A stretch of DNA of 24,475 nt, taken from positions 1-24,475 of IMG/VR virus record IMGVR_UViG_3300032050_010119; one strand, given 5' to 3'. Both the position numbers and the translations under genes were made by a program. Position 1 is the first letter of the stretch. The number at the start of each line of letters is the position of its first letter. Below the pieces are notes generated by a model. It ran no database searches. It was not told the origin of the DNA and worked only from the letters and a program-made list of their open reading frames with translations. The DNA comes from a virus. Its lineage: Duplodnaviria; Caudoviricetes. Positions 10,972 through 21,300 of the stretch are shown piece by piece.

Positions 10972-11674
10972 TTCTCACAAACAAAGCATCGCCACCATTA
11001 CATTCTGGATAAGCATAGTCTACATACTTCCAATTAGCAATTAAAGTAAAATCGGATAACAACTCTTGAAGTTGTTCAAAATAAACCTGATTTTCATACA
11101 TATCCTGATTGTAGTACTCAGTATATACATAATCGACATTTTTCAATGTTTTTTTGCCACCCTCAAATATTTTTCCTTCAGCACCTTGAGTGTCCATCCA
11201 TAAGAAGTCAATGTGCTCTATATTATGCTCTTCGCAAAAACTATCTAAAGATCTAGTCTCCACTTCCGCGCTGTCATCGAACACAATATGAGGCCACCCC
11301 TTAAGTTGATCTACAGGTTTGTGAATTGAACCAGAGTACCTACCCCTACTATATCCTTTATCATCGTATCCAGTATCTCTCGATCTATAAAATGTTTCTT
11401 TACCATCAGTGTCACTCATTGCATATGGGTGAAAAATATGCCTAGAATCAGAAACAATATCATCGTTTAAATCACCCACACAATTTTCGACTCCCAACTC
11501 AGTCATTGCTTTAATGTTAATTGGTTCTGGATCGAAAGTGTAAATTTTAATATTATCTCCAAATTTATTAAGAAACTGACGGGTATCTCTGCCATCAGCA
11601 CAACCAACTTCGAAAATTACAATTTTTTCTTTTTCGCCAATTAATGATTTAATCTCATCTACAGAAATTCCCAT
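10952..11674 (-). CDS. FkbM-family SAM methyltransferase (NoeI-like sugar O-methyltransferase)
   Basis: Motifs FEVGCADG, FDPEP, SLDSF and IDFLWMDTQGAE. Confidence 0.87.
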   Translation of the reverse strand: MGISVDEIKSLIGEKEKIVIFEVGCADGRDTRQFLNKFGDNIKIYTFDPEPINIKAMTELGVENCVGDLNDDIVSDSRHIFHPYAMSDTDGKETFYRSRDTGYDDKGYSRGRYSGSIHKPVDQLKGWPHIVFDDSAEVETRSLDSFCEEHNIEHIDFLWMDTQGAEGKIFEGGKKTLKNVDYVYTEYYNQDMYENQVYFEQLQELLSDFTLIANWKYVDYAYPECNGGDALFVRNDVKSS

Positions 11675-11675
11675 G

Positions 11676-12746
11676 TCAATCTCCTAAAATTCTTTTTTGT
11701 AATTGAAATAAATTTAAAAACTTGTCCAAAGCAATTGTTTTATAATAATTGTATTGGTCATTCATCCAGGGTAAAGTATTACTTGCGTTTTTATAATGGA
11801 ATATAAAAGAGTCTGTAATTACATTTTCATCCTTTTCTAATTTAATAAAGTCAACATATGTAGGTCTAGGAAATTCATTTTTCCTAGAAATTTCAATTAT
11901 CTTAGAATAGTTATCGTGAACATATTCCCAGTAATTATCCCTGTCAGTTTGATGCGGAAAGGTTTTAGTATTTGAATGCTGGTAATCGTTAATCTGCACT
12001 GTACATTCTTCAAAATCTGCATACATTTGGGAACAACCATTTATACAAATTTCATAAGGAGGGTTGATATCAACTAACAATCCCCATTGGTCAACATAAA
12101 GTTGATTAAGTTGATCTTCATATTTTTGAAGATAATTATAAACCTCTCCCCCAACGTCTACTGCGATTCCATTAATCTTCCCATATCCCCAACTAATTTC
12201 ACTTGGATTTGGCATATTTGGGATATCAGCCATGACAAATCCGTTCCAAGGATATTTGAAAGCTATTTCACCTCGGTTATCTTCATTTACATATTTTTTA
12301 TTGTATCTATATGAGGGTACATATGAAAAATTATATCCTTCCATTATATCAACAAATGATACGTCCTTTATCAAGAACATATCCGAATCAAGAATAACTG
12401 TCAGACAATCATTTTTACAAATGTAATTTTTCCAACCCCAAGTATAGGAATAAGCACATGCAATGTTTCCATTCAAATACTCATCTCCTTCAAACATTTT
12501 TTCTCCATTCATGTATTGAAGTTCTGGATCTAATTCTACTCTGATACATTCAATGTTCAATTTTTCGCATATTGAATTGATTTGTTCTATTTTATTTGAA
12601 TCAAATCCACCATCGCCACCGCCCCTTTCATTATTGAAAACAATAAATTCAAAGTCATCTTTTACATGTCGTTTAATAGTGTTATACTGAAGTTCGATAA
12701 AATCAGGTCTGTTGTGGGAATATGTATAAATTTTTACTTTTTTCAT
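11676..12746 (-). CDS. Hypothetical protein, probable GT-A-fold glycosyltransferase
   Basis: N-terminal NRPDFIELQ, EFIVFN and ILDSDMF (DxD); located within the glycan cluster. Confidence 0.55.
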   Translation of the reverse strand: MKKVKIYTYSHNRPDFIELQYNTIKRHVKDDFEFIVFNNERGGGDGGFDSNKIEQINSICEKLNIECIRVELDPELQYMNGEKMFEGDEYLNGNIACAYSYTWGWKNYICKNDCLTVILDSDMFLIKDVSFVDIMEGYNFSYVPSYRYNKKYVNEDNRGEIAFKYPWNGFVMADIPNMPNPSEISWGYGKINGIAVDVGGEVYNYLQKYEDQLNQLYVDQWGLLVDINPPYEICINGCSQMYADFEECTVQINDYQHSNTKTFPHQTDRDNYWEYVHDNYSKIIEISRKNEFPRPTYVDFIKLEKDENVITDSFIFHYKNASNTLPWMNDQYNYYKTIALDKFLNLFQLQKRILGD

Positions 12747-13711
12747 TTTAGGTTAGCGTAAAAAGAATTTTTGGAGCGATAATCATTATATTCTATTCTG
12801 CAGTCAGTGCCTATCATTGGTTTACCATTCATATCAACATATAACCATTCGTCAACTATATTATCATCACCCCTCCACCATCCATTAGAAATCTTAAAAT
12901 CAGTCCAATACTTTGGTGCGACAATAGTTTTAAACTTAGTATTAGTCCAACAAGGCCAAAAAGAAAAAGTAGATGCAGATATAATAGCATACTTTGCATT
13001 GTTTAGAATTGAATAATCAACTCCAATAGGACCACCAGGATACTTGTACCATCCAATGCTCCCCTGAAGTGTATCTTTCTCTTCCATAATTGCAGAACCG
13101 ACAATTGTTGCCCAAGGAATAAACTTTTGAGCATTAACTGGGTCATCTGTCACTACAACAAATTTCATATTGGGATTTATTCCCTGTATTATTTTTGCTG
13201 CATTATGATAATATTCTGGTGGGCACCAAGCACTTCCAGTAAGATAATCTCCTCCTCTAAATTGAATTACGCAGATATCATCTTTAGAAAAATCAGTAAA
13301 TATGAAATCTGTTTTTAACCATTCGATAATATCATCTTTTCTATCTTTAATATATCCAATTTTCTGAAAACATCCTTCAATTTTTGTATTGTCTTCAAGA
13401 TTATTCCAAAGATAGTCATCAAAAATCATAGCGTCATCTCCACCCATTTCTGGTGGATATGGATCAAACCTTTCTTTGTAATAATTTGCGATTCCCTTAG
13501 GAAGTTGTGTTGGTGGTCCACCCTCTGGTCCATATCCACCTACAACTTTTTTGCCAAAATCATATTTTGACATGAACTGAGATCCTTTAAATGGGTTTGA
13601 TTTTTTAACACCCCATTCATACCCGTGGCGTTCTGCAATAATTCTGGGAACGACTAGATTCCACAATTGATTTCCCAATCCAGAACCACTATAAATTTCA
13701 GATACAATCAT
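12743..13711 (-). CDS. Divergent glycosyltransferase family 11
   Basis: Motifs GLGNQLW, QFRGGDY, VVTDD and IISASTFSFW. Confidence 0.8.
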   Translation of the reverse strand: MIVSEIYSGSGLGNQLWNLVVPRIIAERHGYEWGVKKSNPFKGSQFMSKYDFGKKVVGGYGPEGGPPTQLPKGIANYYKERFDPYPPEMGGDDAMIFDDYLWNNLEDNTKIEGCFQKIGYIKDRKDDIIEWLKTDFIFTDFSKDDICVIQFRGGDYLTGSAWCPPEYYHNAAKIIQGINPNMKFVVVTDDPVNAQKFIPWATIVGSAIMEEKDTLQGSIGWYKYPGGPIGVDYSILNNAKYAIISASTFSFWPCWTNTKFKTIVAPKYWTDFKISNGWWRGDDNIVDEWLYVDMNGKPMIGTDCRIEYNDYRSKNSFYANLK

Positions 13712-14484
13712 TTAATTAAATGCGAATACTTTTCTTTATTTTTCACAATATAATCAGGAAAACTATCATCAAGTTCTACTGTTTTATATTCCATCCAATA
13801 TCTAAAAAATATATCTTTATTGTTGGAGATATTATTGATTATATTATTTTTGACCTCAGGAGTATTATACTGCAAATCACAAAAAGAATCAATCTTTTTT
13901 CTAATCATTTCTTCACCGCCACAATAAGTGAAATGCCATCCCCCATTTGTAATTATTGATCCAGTTAACTTATTGTCGTCTTCTGTCGCTTCCCTAATAT
14001 CATCAACAGTAGTATTTTTTAAATACTTGTAAGTACATGCTCTTGTTCCAAACCAATTGCCAGAGTAAAAATTATTAAGATAATAAACATAACAATTTTG
14101 CTGAAATGTAAAATGAGAACTATCAGTTATCCACTTATCTTTATGCTCCAAAACTTCTGGGTTTGGAATCTCATCAATATCACTTGTCAAGATTAAATCT
14201 TCATCTTTAAAAATATTTAAATTTTTAACTGAATTTCTTGAGTATATTTCACGATCCCAGGGACTTTCTACTTCTGGAACATTGATATAATTATGAACTA
14301 TTTTATCTTCCCACTTAGAAAACTTATCTTTATTTTGCAGGTAAATACTTTCCTTTGGGTTTCCCGAAAATGTAGTGTCTCCTTCAGTTAAGATAAATTT
14401 ATCGACATACTTATCTAAGATATTTAATCTAATTTCAAGAAGTTCCAATTCATGGTTGAATATAAAACAATCATAAACGCTCAT
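13708..14484 (-). CDS. Glycosyltransferase family 17 (beta-1,4-GlcNAc transferase-like)
   Basis: Motifs YDCFIFNHELELLEIRL, TFSGNPK, SDIDEIP and GGWHFTY. Confidence 0.87.
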   Translation of the reverse strand: MSVYDCFIFNHELELLEIRLNILDKYVDKFILTEGDTTFSGNPKESIYLQNKDKFSKWEDKIVHNYINVPEVESPWDREIYSRNSVKNLNIFKDEDLILTSDIDEIPNPEVLEHKDKWITDSSHFTFQQNCYVYYLNNFYSGNWFGTRACTYKYLKNTTVDDIREATEDDNKLTGSIITNGGWHFTYCGGEEMIRKKIDSFCDLQYNTPEVKNNIINNISNNKDIFFRYWMEYKTVELDDSFPDYIVKNKEKYSHLIK

Positions 14485-15319
14485 TTTTCATTACCTCAAA
14501 TATTTTTGAAATACCAGATTCTATAGTTGTTTTTGGCATCCACCATTTCATAATATATGCATCTGGTCTATTTTTTTTATCCATTTGAACACTATCCTTT
14601 TCCAAAGAAGGTTCTAATTTTACTGTTTTTCCAATAAGATTAAATTGTCCAGCAATAATGCTTGCTATATCAATAATTTTCGTAGACCGAAAACTTGTTA
14701 TATGAAGATTGTCTTCAGAAGTAAATTCGTCAAAATTGTTCATAATAGATTCAAGAGCTTCGCAACAATCTTCCGCATAAAGAAACTCACGTTCTTCTTG
14801 CCCATCAGTGAGCATATCAATTACACCAGTTTCAAATCCCTTACGGATAAAGTCTGTGATGACGTGTGCCTTTTCATGGTCCCTCTCTATTCCATACACA
14901 TTCCAGAATTTAACGATAAGACCATTCAGAGATTTAGTATAAAGTTCTCCCACATTCTTAAGAACACCATAAGGGGAATAACTCATATTACTCATCTGCG
15001 ATGAAGCAAATACAAACCTCTTATTATACTTTTTTAGAAGACCAAAGGCATTTGCCATTAATCGAGCATTATTATCAATGAATTGAAACGTATGTTGATA
15101 CTTCTTGAGATATCGAGACCCACCAACATCGAATGCAAGAAAGAAAATAAAGTCTGAATCTTTAATATTGTCTTCCAAGTTTTGATTTGGAATAATTGTC
15201 ATATCATGTTCTGGACCATTAACTACATCAAACTCATTTACCTCATAATTTTTATTTCTGAGGTATTCAGTTAGATATGCACCAACCTGACCAGAACTTC
15301 CTAATACTGTTACTTTCAT
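14471..15319 (-). CDS. NAD-dependent epimerase/dehydratase (atypical SDR)
   Basis: Motifs LGSSGQVG, YGVLK (YxxxK), FWNVYG and DGQEEREFLY. Confidence 0.85.
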   Translation of the reverse strand: MKVTVLGSSGQVGAYLTEYLRNKNYEVNEFDVVNGPEHDMTIIPNQNLEDNIKDSDFIFFLAFDVGGSRYLKKYQHTFQFIDNNARLMANAFGLLKKYNKRFVFASSQMSNMSYSPYGVLKNVGELYTKSLNGLIVKFWNVYGIERDHEKAHVITDFIRKGFETGVIDMLTDGQEEREFLYAEDCCEALESIMNNFDEFTSEDNLHITSFRSTKIIDIASIIAGQFNLIGKTVKLEPSLEKDSVQMDKKNRPDAYIMKWWMPKTTIESGISKIFEVMKNERL

Positions 15320-15335
15320 AAAAAACTACCTATTT

Positions 15336-16058
15336 TTATTTTACTTTACAGCAGATATAAACACTTCCAGAGTAATCCCACCTCACAGTACTATTAAAAA
15401 TATATCCAAAATGGTTTTGGTCATTTTTTCCACCTTTTAAAATTTCAAATCCATTTTCAATCAGTTTATCTCTCCACCAATCAGCAGGAAAAACTGATTG
15501 ATGTAGTTTATAAAATTTTAGAGAAGAATCACTTTCATCATAAGGAGGTTCTACAATATTATCATTAGAATCCCTAACTTGAACGTCTGGAACTAGAGAA
15601 ATGCCAAAAGCACATATTCCGCCAGTCTTTAAATGATTTCTAATATTTTTCAATAGGTTATCTATCTTGTCTTCACTAATATGTTCAAAAACCTCTTCGG
15701 AATGGATAAAGTCTGCCTTCAGAGGTTCATCGTTCAAATATAGTTGATAATCTTCAGATATATCACACAAAAATAAATTTTTATTATGATATTTTTTCCA
15801 ATTTGATTTTCCTTCACCCTCCAGTACGTGAGAACTACCCTCCAATCCAATTGCAATATCTCCTTGTCGAATAAAATCAACAACAAATTGTCCGCCAGAG
15901 CACCCAAGATCAATCATGACAATTTTTTTGTCTTGAAAATATTCAGTTACTTCGGATATTAAATCTAATGAAGAAAAATTATCTCTTACACACCCATGCG
16001 GACAAAGATGATCCGGTGATGTCAATGCAACAGGATGTTTTGTTTCTAATCTAATCAT
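15336..16058 (-). CDS. Class I SAM-dependent methyltransferase
   Basis: Motifs MIDLGCSGG, GLEGS, EVFEHI and LKTGG. Confidence 0.82.
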   Translation of the reverse strand: MIRLETKHPVALTSPDHLCPHGCVRDNFSSLDLISEVTEYFQDKKIVMIDLGCSGGQFVVDFIRQGDIAIGLEGSSHVLEGEGKSNWKKYHNKNLFLCDISEDYQLYLNDEPLKADFIHSEEVFEHISEDKIDNLLKNIRNHLKTGGICAFGISLVPDVQVRDSNDNIVEPPYDESDSSLKFYKLHQSVFPADWWRDKLIENGFEILKGGKNDQNHFGYIFNSTVRWDYSGSVYICCKVK

Positions 16059-16621
16059 AGTTTGTTTATAACCAATAAAGTATCATCTGGTCGGTTTTTA
16101 TAACTTCTTAAATCCAACCATTTATGGTTTTCTTTAAATTCGTCGGGTATTACTTTTAAAAATTCTTCATAACAGTTTGGAAATAAATGTTGCTGAATAT
16201 CTTCAATAATATAAATTCCACCCCTTTTCAGTAAAGGAAGATAAATCTCTATTGCCTTTAACTGAGTATCCAAATCATGACATCCATCATCGATAATAAT
16301 GTTAAATTTAGGTAATTTTTTTACAATTTCTGGATTATATGCATCTTCAAAATAATAAGTGACTCCTTCTATATTTTTATACTTTTCTAACAAAACATGT
16401 TCCCTGTTATCTATACCGACAACATGGACAGAATTTTTAAAATACTCTTTCCATAATTTTAAACTTGCCCCAAGACTAATTCCAATTTCCAAAATAGAAA
16501 TTTTTTTGTTCCTATAAGGCGCAAAAGCACTTTCATAAAACTGCTCAATGTAACAGTGAGTACAATTTTTATCCGTATCGGGTTCAAGACTAAAATCTTG
16601 AAGAATTTGTTTAAGTGTCAT
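16055..16621 (-). CDS. Class I SAM-dependent methyltransferase (sugar O-methyltransferase-like)
   Basis: Motifs ILEIGISLGASL, GIDN, IIIDDGCH and LKRGGIYIIED. Confidence 0.85.
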   Translation of the reverse strand: MTLKQILQDFSLEPDTDKNCTHCYIEQFYESAFAPYRNKKISILEIGISLGASLKLWKEYFKNSVHVVGIDNREHVLLEKYKNIEGVTYYFEDAYNPEIVKKLPKFNIIIDDGCHDLDTQLKAIEIYLPLLKRGGIYIIEDIQQHLFPNCYEEFLKVIPDEFKENHKWLDLRSYKNRPDDTLLVINKL

Positions 16622-17721
16622 TTGTTAATTTGTCCTAGAATCCAGTTATATGTTTTGCGAATACCCTCTTCCAGAGTCTGTGAATAGTCCCATCCCAATT
16701 TTTCTCTAATCAAATCATTGTTAGAATTACGTCCACGAACACCAAGAGGAGCATCAAGAATATGATTCTTTTCAACACTCTTACCAGCAACCCTAGCAGC
16801 AGTATCTACAAGTTGATTGATAGTAACCATTTCTTCAGAACCAATATTAACTGGTCCAATGAAATCACTATCCATCATTCTGCGGGTCGCTTCGATGCAT
16901 TCATCAATATACAGGAAGGAACGAGTTTGTAGGCCATCTCCCCACACTTCGATTGTTCCACCTTCCTCTGGAAGATAGGCGACCTTACGGCAGATTGCTG
17001 CCGGTGCTTTCTCTCTTCCACCTTCCCAAGTTCCTTCTGGTCCAAAGATATTATGATACCTAGCAACCCGAACAGGGATCCCATAATTACGATTATAAGC
17101 GAAAAACAACCGCTCTGAGAACAATTTCTCCCAACCATATTCAGAATCTGGATTTGCTGGGTATGCAGAGTCTTCACGGCAATCAGGGTTTTCGGGATCC
17201 AATTGATTGTGTTCTGGGTACATACAAGCAGAACTAGAATAGAAAATTTTGGTTTGGTAGTCTAACACTGGACGAACACATTCTACGCTATTATCAACGC
17301 CATTAAACGTTTCATTCAATTGGTGTTGCGATTCAAGGACGTTTAGGTTAATTGCTGCAGAGTTGTGCATGATATCTGCATCATTTTCTCCTGTGAAAAC
17401 AAATCCTGCCCCACCCATATCGGCGGCAAACTGGTATATTTCATGGAAAGGACGAATGTAACGATAAGGAACAGAATTATAAAAATTACCTTGCTCACCT
17501 TTAAATTCAAGAACACGACGAACAAAACTCATATCCCTCAGGTCTCCCTGAATAAATTCATCTGCATCAGAAATTGAAAACTCAGGATACTTAAGATCTA
17601 CTCCACGAACCCAATATCCTTCTGCTTTCAGTCTTTTTACCATGTGGCTTCCAATAAAACCACCAGCACCAAGAACAAGTGCTGTTTTCTTATAATCACT
17701 CATAGTTGATAAATTACTCAT
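16618..17721 (-). CDS. GDP-mannose 3',5'-epimerase-like SDR
   Basis: Motifs LGAGGFIGSH, FAADMGGAGF, YSSSACMYP, YGWEK, GGREKAPAAICRK and GVRGRNS, typical of the GME family. The start is either 17721 or 17703. Confidence 0.85.
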   Translation of the reverse strand: MSNLSTMSDYKKTALVLGAGGFIGSHMVKRLKAEGYWVRGVDLKYPEFSISDADEFIQGDLRDMSFVRRVLEFKGEQGNFYNSVPYRYIRPFHEIYQFAADMGGAGFVFTGENDADIMHNSAAINLNVLESQHQLNETFNGVDNSVECVRPVLDYQTKIFYSSSACMYPEHNQLDPENPDCREDSAYPANPDSEYGWEKLFSERLFFAYNRNYGIPVRVARYHNIFGPEGTWEGGREKAPAAICRKVAYLPEEGGTIEVWGDGLQTRSFLYIDECIEATRRMMDSDFIGPVNIGSEEMVTINQLVDTAARVAGKSVEKNHILDAPLGVRGRNSNNDLIREKLGWDYSQTLEEGIRKTYNWILGQINK

Positions 17722-17728
17722 AGTATAT

Positions 17729-17737
17729 ATTATATCA
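17729..17737 (-). promoter_or_regulatory. Extended -10 element (internal promoter candidate)
   Basis: Minus strand TGATATAAT (TGn-TATAAT) just upstream of the GME-like gene. Confidence 0.45.
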
Positions 17738-17741
17738 CAAA

Positions 17742-18911
17742 TCAAACGAATACGCTAAACATATCAATCTTTATTTCATTATCTTTTGTTATAAAATGAA
17801 CACTATTTTTATATTTTGAGTGAAGATAATCTTTTATTTGTCCAGTAACAGATTTATTTTCACCTATGTAAACTTCATACCCTTCATCTAATAAATCTAA
17901 ACATAGACGATATTGTTGACTCTCCGTAAAAATATCCGTTCCTTTTTTATAAGAAATATAGTCAAAGTAAAAAGGCAATTTTTCTTTATTTTTTCCTATA
18001 AAATAATTTTTCAAAAACTTAGCGTGTTCATTATTAAAATCATCTGTCGTTTTTCCTAAGTTATATTCTAATCCAAGTTTTTTTGCATAAGCAGCAAAAG
18101 AACGATTATCTCTCGGCAAACAAGGACCACCAAACCCATATCCATATTTCAAATACTTATTACCAACTCTAGTATCAGATCCAATTGCCCCCAATACTTG
18201 TTCGATCTCATTTTCAAGTCCAGCAAGAGTCATTACTTCACCGACCATATTTGCATAACTGATCTTAGTGGTTAAGAAACAATTAACTGCAAGTTTTACC
18301 AACTCTGCAGCAGTTGTTGACATAAAGCAAATTTTTGGTTTTTTAACTTGAATTTTATTATAAATTTCTTCTATAAAAGAACGATATTTTCCTTCTGGAC
18401 CCCCCACAAGAACCATGTCAGCATTTTCAAGATCTTTAATAATTGATCCTTGCGCAATGAATTCTGGATTATAAAATACTTCTACACCATATGGTTCCAA
18501 TTGCTTTCGAAATAACTCACAATCCCCAGGATTAGTTGTACATCCTACGATAAATGCCTTTCCTTTTACGTTAATTCCTAAAGTAGTTGCATTTTGAATA
18601 TCAGCAATTACTCTCCATATTGCACTAACATCATAACTACCATCTGAGCAAGATGGTGTTGCTACTAAAGTATAAAGAACATCACATTCATTAATTACAT
18701 CATAATTACCAGTTCTAAAAGTAATATTATTTGAAGAAGAAAGAAGTTCTTGAACGTAAGGCTCAGCAGTATCGATCCTCTTTTCGCAAAGACTTTTTAC
18801 ATAATCTTCACGTACATCAGATGCTACTATAGAATACCCTGCTTTATCTAAAAGTAAAGCAAAGCAAATTCCAAGTCTACCTGCACCAATAACACCAATT
18901 TTCATATGCAT
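17742..18911 (-). CDS. UDP-glucose/GDP-mannose dehydrogenase family
   Basis: Motifs IGVIGAGRLG, YNPEF, AELVKLAVNCFLTTKISYAN and catalytic GFGGPCLPRD. Confidence 0.9.
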   Translation of the reverse strand: MHMKIGVIGAGRLGICFALLLDKAGYSIVASDVREDYVKSLCEKRIDTAEPYVQELLSSSNNITFRTGNYDVINECDVLYTLVATPSCSDGSYDVSAIWRVIADIQNATTLGINVKGKAFIVGCTTNPGDCELFRKQLEPYGVEVFYNPEFIAQGSIIKDLENADMVLVGGPEGKYRSFIEEIYNKIQVKKPKICFMSTTAAELVKLAVNCFLTTKISYANMVGEVMTLAGLENEIEQVLGAIGSDTRVGNKYLKYGYGFGGPCLPRDNRSFAAYAKKLGLEYNLGKTTDDFNNEHAKFLKNYFIGKNKEKLPFYFDYISYKKGTDIFTESQQYRLCLDLLDEGYEVYIGENKSVTGQIKDYLHSKYKNSVHFITKDNEIKIDMFSVFV

Positions 18912-18947
18912 TTTAAAAATAAAAATAAAAATAAATATTAATTACTA

Positions 18948-19652
18948 TTATCTAGTACGTGGTTCAATAAAAATATTTTCGGCAAATACCCACGATATTT
19001 TATAATTAATTTCTTCAAGCAACTCATCAATATCATTTGTTTTCTTACCAAATTGATTTAAATTGTCTTGGTAATACTCCAATAAAATTTTTGGTTTATA
19101 TTTTTCAATTGTTTGAATTCCCCCCTTTATTATATCATATTCAGATCCTTCAGTATCTATTTTAATTAAGTCAATTTTTTTACTTAAAAACAAATTATCA
19201 ATAGTATTTGTTTCTACGATACAATTAATAGAATTCTCTGGAGAAAATCTAATTAGATTTTCTCCTAAAGTGTTTAATCCTTTATGAAAATCACAAATTT
19301 TTAAAGTTGCTTCTCCAACTTTATCACTCAAAGCTGTTTCATATGTATTTACATTATGAATATTATTCAATTTCAAATTATCCAATAATAAAGAATAGTT
19401 CGAAGGATCTGGTTCAAAAGAATGCCAGATGGTATTTGGATAATATCTAGCTGCTAAAGAGAAACACCCACTTTGGGCACCTATATCTAATATAGTAAAT
19501 TCGTCTTTAATATATGAAACAAACTTATTTACAAGTTCAAGTTCTGTTAATCCTACCCCAGTATTGTCCCACGTATATGGATTATCCCTGACACTTTGTT
19601 GCGTTACTAATATATTTGTCCTTATAAAGGGATAACTTACAAATTCATTCAT
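18948..19652 (-). CDS. FkbM-family SAM methyltransferase
   Basis: Motifs LDIGAQSG, SFEPDP and IDLIKIDTEGSE. Confidence 0.9.
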   Translation of the reverse strand: MNEFVSYPFIRTNILVTQQSVRDNPYTWDNTGVGLTELELVNKFVSYIKDEFTILDIGAQSGCFSLAARYYPNTIWHSFEPDPSNYSLLLDNLKLNNIHNVNTYETALSDKVGEATLKICDFHKGLNTLGENLIRFSPENSINCIVETNTIDNLFLSKKIDLIKIDTEGSEYDIIKGGIQTIEKYKPKILLEYYQDNLNQFGKKTNDIDELLEEINYKISWVFAENIFIEPRTR

Positions 19653-19658
19653 AAAATT

Positions 19659-20432
19659 TCATTTAAGTTTAGCTGTAATTAATAAATGCCATCCAAGATT
19701 TTTCTCAAGAGTCCTAAACATTTCTGGGGGCATAGAATCAAACCAAGGTTGTTTGATATACTCACCTTTTTTATAAGGTTCTACTTGATAAGGAAAGATG
19801 TGATCTTGCTCAATGGAAAGAACTTCATATCCATCTAATAAATTTATAACCTCTTGCTTAGTATATGTATTTGCAATCGGACAACCATATTGTGCTTCAG
19901 GTTGATCAAGTCCCGACTCAATCATATAGTTTTTCCAAGAATCTTTTGCGTAAAGCATAATCTTGAGAACACTATTCTCATTCATATACTTCTTGATCTC
20001 AGAAATGATTTTTTCTGGATGAGGACTATGATGAATTACACCAAAAGAGTAAATCAAATCATAAGTTTCTACAGGCACAAAGGAGGAAAGTTCCTCTGCA
20101 TTACCAGAATAAAATTTTCCTTCCTGTTCAAATACCGCAAACCTCTTCTTTGCAAGAGCAAGGCTTTCTTCAGATAGTTCTACACCAGTATAGTCTGCAC
20201 CATTAAAAGCAAAGTTTGCCCCAACTGTAGCAAGACCACAACCAATTTCTAAAACTTTTTTACCTTCCCATTTTGAAAATTCAGTAAATTTAAGAATATG
20301 AGGTTCTGCCTTGAACTTCTTACGTTCAACTTCATCAAAATATTCTTTAGTACCAATATCTTTACTGGAATGTCTAACATTACACGGACGATCATCCCAA
20401 AACTTTTTTACTTCAGTGATTGTTGCAGTCAT
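19659..20432 (-). CDS. Class I SAM-dependent methyltransferase
   Basis: Motifs VLEIGCG, GVELS and YDLIYSFGVIHH. Confidence 0.88.
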   Translation of the reverse strand: MTATITEVKKFWDDRPCNVRHSSKDIGTKEYFDEVERKKFKAEPHILKFTEFSKWEGKKVLEIGCGLATVGANFAFNGADYTGVELSEESLALAKKRFAVFEQEGKFYSGNAEELSSFVPVETYDLIYSFGVIHHSPHPEKIISEIKKYMNENSVLKIMLYAKDSWKNYMIESGLDQPEAQYGCPIANTYTKQEVINLLDGYEVLSIEQDHIFPYQVEPYKKGEYIKQPWFDSMPPEMFRTLEKNLGWHLLITAKLK

Positions 20433-21202
20433 AGTTTAAATGTAGGAATAGAAATCATTTTATGTTTATTTTGCATATTAAATTTTTTGTAAGTATTAAT
20501 TGCTTGTATTTGTTCTTCATTTAAGAACATAGGATCTTCAGATAATCCATTCTCCATAACCCACTCAAGCATTTCGTATGAAGTCCCAATCTGATCTTCA
20601 TCAGTTCTCCCATCATCCCACAACCCATCAGTGGGAGATGCGTCAATAATACGTCGATCTACACCAAGATACTTTCCAAGTTCCCATACTTCAGTTTTAT
20701 AAAGATCAGCGATAGGAGCAATATCAACTCCACCATCACCATATTTAGTATAGAATCCTACACCATAATCTTCAACTTTATTACCAGTTCCAACTACGAT
20801 ACCACCAACAGAAGTTGCGACTTGATATAATGTCACCATACGAATACGTGATCTACTATTTGCAAGAGCAAGATTGTTAGATCCAAACTCTTTCATAGTA
20901 AATTGAAAAGTATCAAAAACTTTAGTAAGATCGAACTTATTTGCAATAACGTTATCAAAATTTGTTTTTAACCATTCCAAATGAGCATCAGATAAAGTTT
21001 CTTGATCCTCTTTCTGATGTATTGGCATCCCCAGTGCGTAAGTAGGAAGTCCTGTAGAAGCAGCAAGTGTAGATGACACTGCAGAGTCAATTCCACCAGA
21101 AACCCCAATTACAAACGCTCTTATGTTGTTACTAGATGCATAATCACTCATCCAATTAATAATATCCGTAGATAATTTTTTATAATCAGAAATCCTATTC
21201 AT
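20429..21202 (-). CDS. nadE: NH3-dependent NAD+ synthetase
   Basis: PP-loop GVSGGIDSAV, NSRSRIRM, GTGNKVE, GFYTKYGDGGVD, PIADLYKTEV and PTDGLW...TDEDQIG. Confidence 0.95.
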   Translation of the reverse strand: MNRISDYKKLSTDIINWMSDYASSNNIRAFVIGVSGGIDSAVSSTLAASTGLPTYALGMPIHQKEDQETLSDAHLEWLKTNFDNVIANKFDLTKVFDTFQFTMKEFGSNNLALANSRSRIRMVTLYQVATSVGGIVVGTGNKVEDYGVGFYTKYGDGGVDIAPIADLYKTEVWELGKYLGVDRRIIDASPTDGLWDDGRTDEDQIGTSYEMLEWVMENGLSEDPMFLNEEQIQAINTYKKFNMQNKHKMISIPTFKL

Positions 21203-21260
21203 TTTTGTAATAAGTAATAAATTTTCAACAACAAGATAATATTTGTTTTTCTATATAGAC

Positions 21261-21295
21261 AAAAAAAGAGAGGAGTTAAAATAACTCCTCTCTTT
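21261..21295 (-). terminator. Intrinsic terminator between the structured RNA and nadE
   Basis: Minus strand AAAGAGAGGAGTT-ATTTT-AACTCCTCTCTTT extended by further T residues. Confidence 0.88.
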
Positions 21296-21300
21296 AATAA

